Assembly (NCBI GenBank): GCA_036172245.1
Contig: JAYWIR010000022.1
Coordinates: forward strand, 310,001 to 374,000
Origin: Raillietiella orientalis
Taxonomy: Eukaryota
Reading direction: 5' to 3'
Length of the DNA stretch: 64,000 nt
Below, in pieces: positions 63,025-64,000 of this stretch. Every line of letters begins with the position of its first letter. The stretch's first letter is position 1. A program made the translations under genes and the position numbers. A model generated the notes under the pieces. The model ran no database searches and was not told the DNA's origin. It saw nothing but the letters and a program-made list of their open reading frames with translations.

Positions 63025-64000
63025 TCAGTGTATTGATTCTACAGAATAATTTAAAATAATTTGGTTTTTATCGAATCTCATTAAAGCCAATAAATAGCAT
63101 TTTTTAAAAATTAGCAGCAGTTATTTAATCAGGATTACTGAACACATCCATCAATACGAATTCACAAATCAAAAGATGGCTGTTTGTTCTGTACATGTTT
63201 GTTATTAATTCGTGTAAATTGTTAGTATTTGTCCTTAACATCCTCATTTGCTTTCTTTCGAGTAGCGGAAATTGTGTGTAAAAACAAGTAGACTTGAAAT
63301 TCAGAAAAAAAGCTGAAAAGCAAATCATATATGCTGCGATATAAAATACTACATACCGAACAGTTTTTAGCAAATACTCTACAATATAATAGAAAAGCAT
63401 TATTATTATTATTATTCAAAAAAAAAACAGAATTATTCTGATAACTATGAAACGGGGAAAGAATCACATGTTTAAAAGAATCCTACATCATCAGTTACCA
63501 TAAATGTATAAAAAACAAAATCCAGTTCATCACCAATGAAAACTGTCTTGTGATATTTTCACTAATTAGCACCTCCGTCGTCTAATTAGTAGTAGGAGAA
63601 ATAGTGATCTGAAGTGCGGATTCTTCGTAGGAATCGTATTTTTTTTCCTTCTTCTTCTCTGCTCCGTACACTACGAGAGTAAAATAACGAGGCTATACAA
63701 CTCGTCACCTAGGAAACTCGATGGAATTTTTTTTGAAAATTTCAGGGCGCTTTTATCGAAGAAATCAGATTTTAATATTTCAAGCAATTATTCCATAGAT
63801 TTTCAGTGAATTAATTTTCAAGTACATCTCCCCATTTCCCATTAACGAAGTACTTCCGATAGTCCATTTTTTGACCAATACATGAGGAACATTCATGAAT
63901 AGATTAACCATGAATAAAATGCTGTCAGCTCACTTAACAGGGACTAAGAATAAAATTCTGATACGAGCCGTCACATGGTTTGAATCTCATTCAAAAGCCC

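Noticed and set aside
63920..64000. Possible tRNA-derived SINE head (ggtttgaatctc B-box-like)
   Set aside because: Degenerate, no convincing A-box, and cut by the window end.
1..64000. CRISPR array, rRNA, or prokaryotic operon/defence system
   Set aside because: No regularly spaced repeat-spacer array or rRNA motifs; spliced animal genes show the window is eukaryotic.

Overview
Animal genomic DNA, probably from an invertebrate (Frizzled gene, GT-AG introns as short as 39-57 nt). Four host genes can be modelled by hand: a 5'-incomplete FHA-domain gene with an RNF8-like FHA (5434-7040, +), a divergent Frizzled-9/10-like receptor (36447-41632, +), a FAM173/ATPSCKMT-type lysine methyltransferase (53471-54330, +) and a PSTAIRE kinase, most likely CDK2 (61207-62678, -). 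Most of the rest, especially the GC-rich 1-52 kb, is heavily frameshifted non-LTR retrotransposon remnants: L1/Tx1-like ORF2 pieces in both orientations and at least two or three RLE-type (NeSL/Utopia/R2-like) pieces. No intact mobile element, rRNA, tRNA or CRISPR array is visible. The most unusual signals are: (i) L1/Tx1-like copies ending in AATAAA plus a conserved stem-loop with no poly(A) tail; (ii) two head-to-head composites resembling twin-priming 5' inversions; (iii) several perfect or long palindromes and short near-identical sequence islands; (iv) a sharply bounded AT island flanked by an 8-bp direct repeat; (v) a Frizzled that has lost conserved extracellular cysteines and motifs. 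All family assignments come from motif recognition by eye, not database searches, and element boundaries are approximate.
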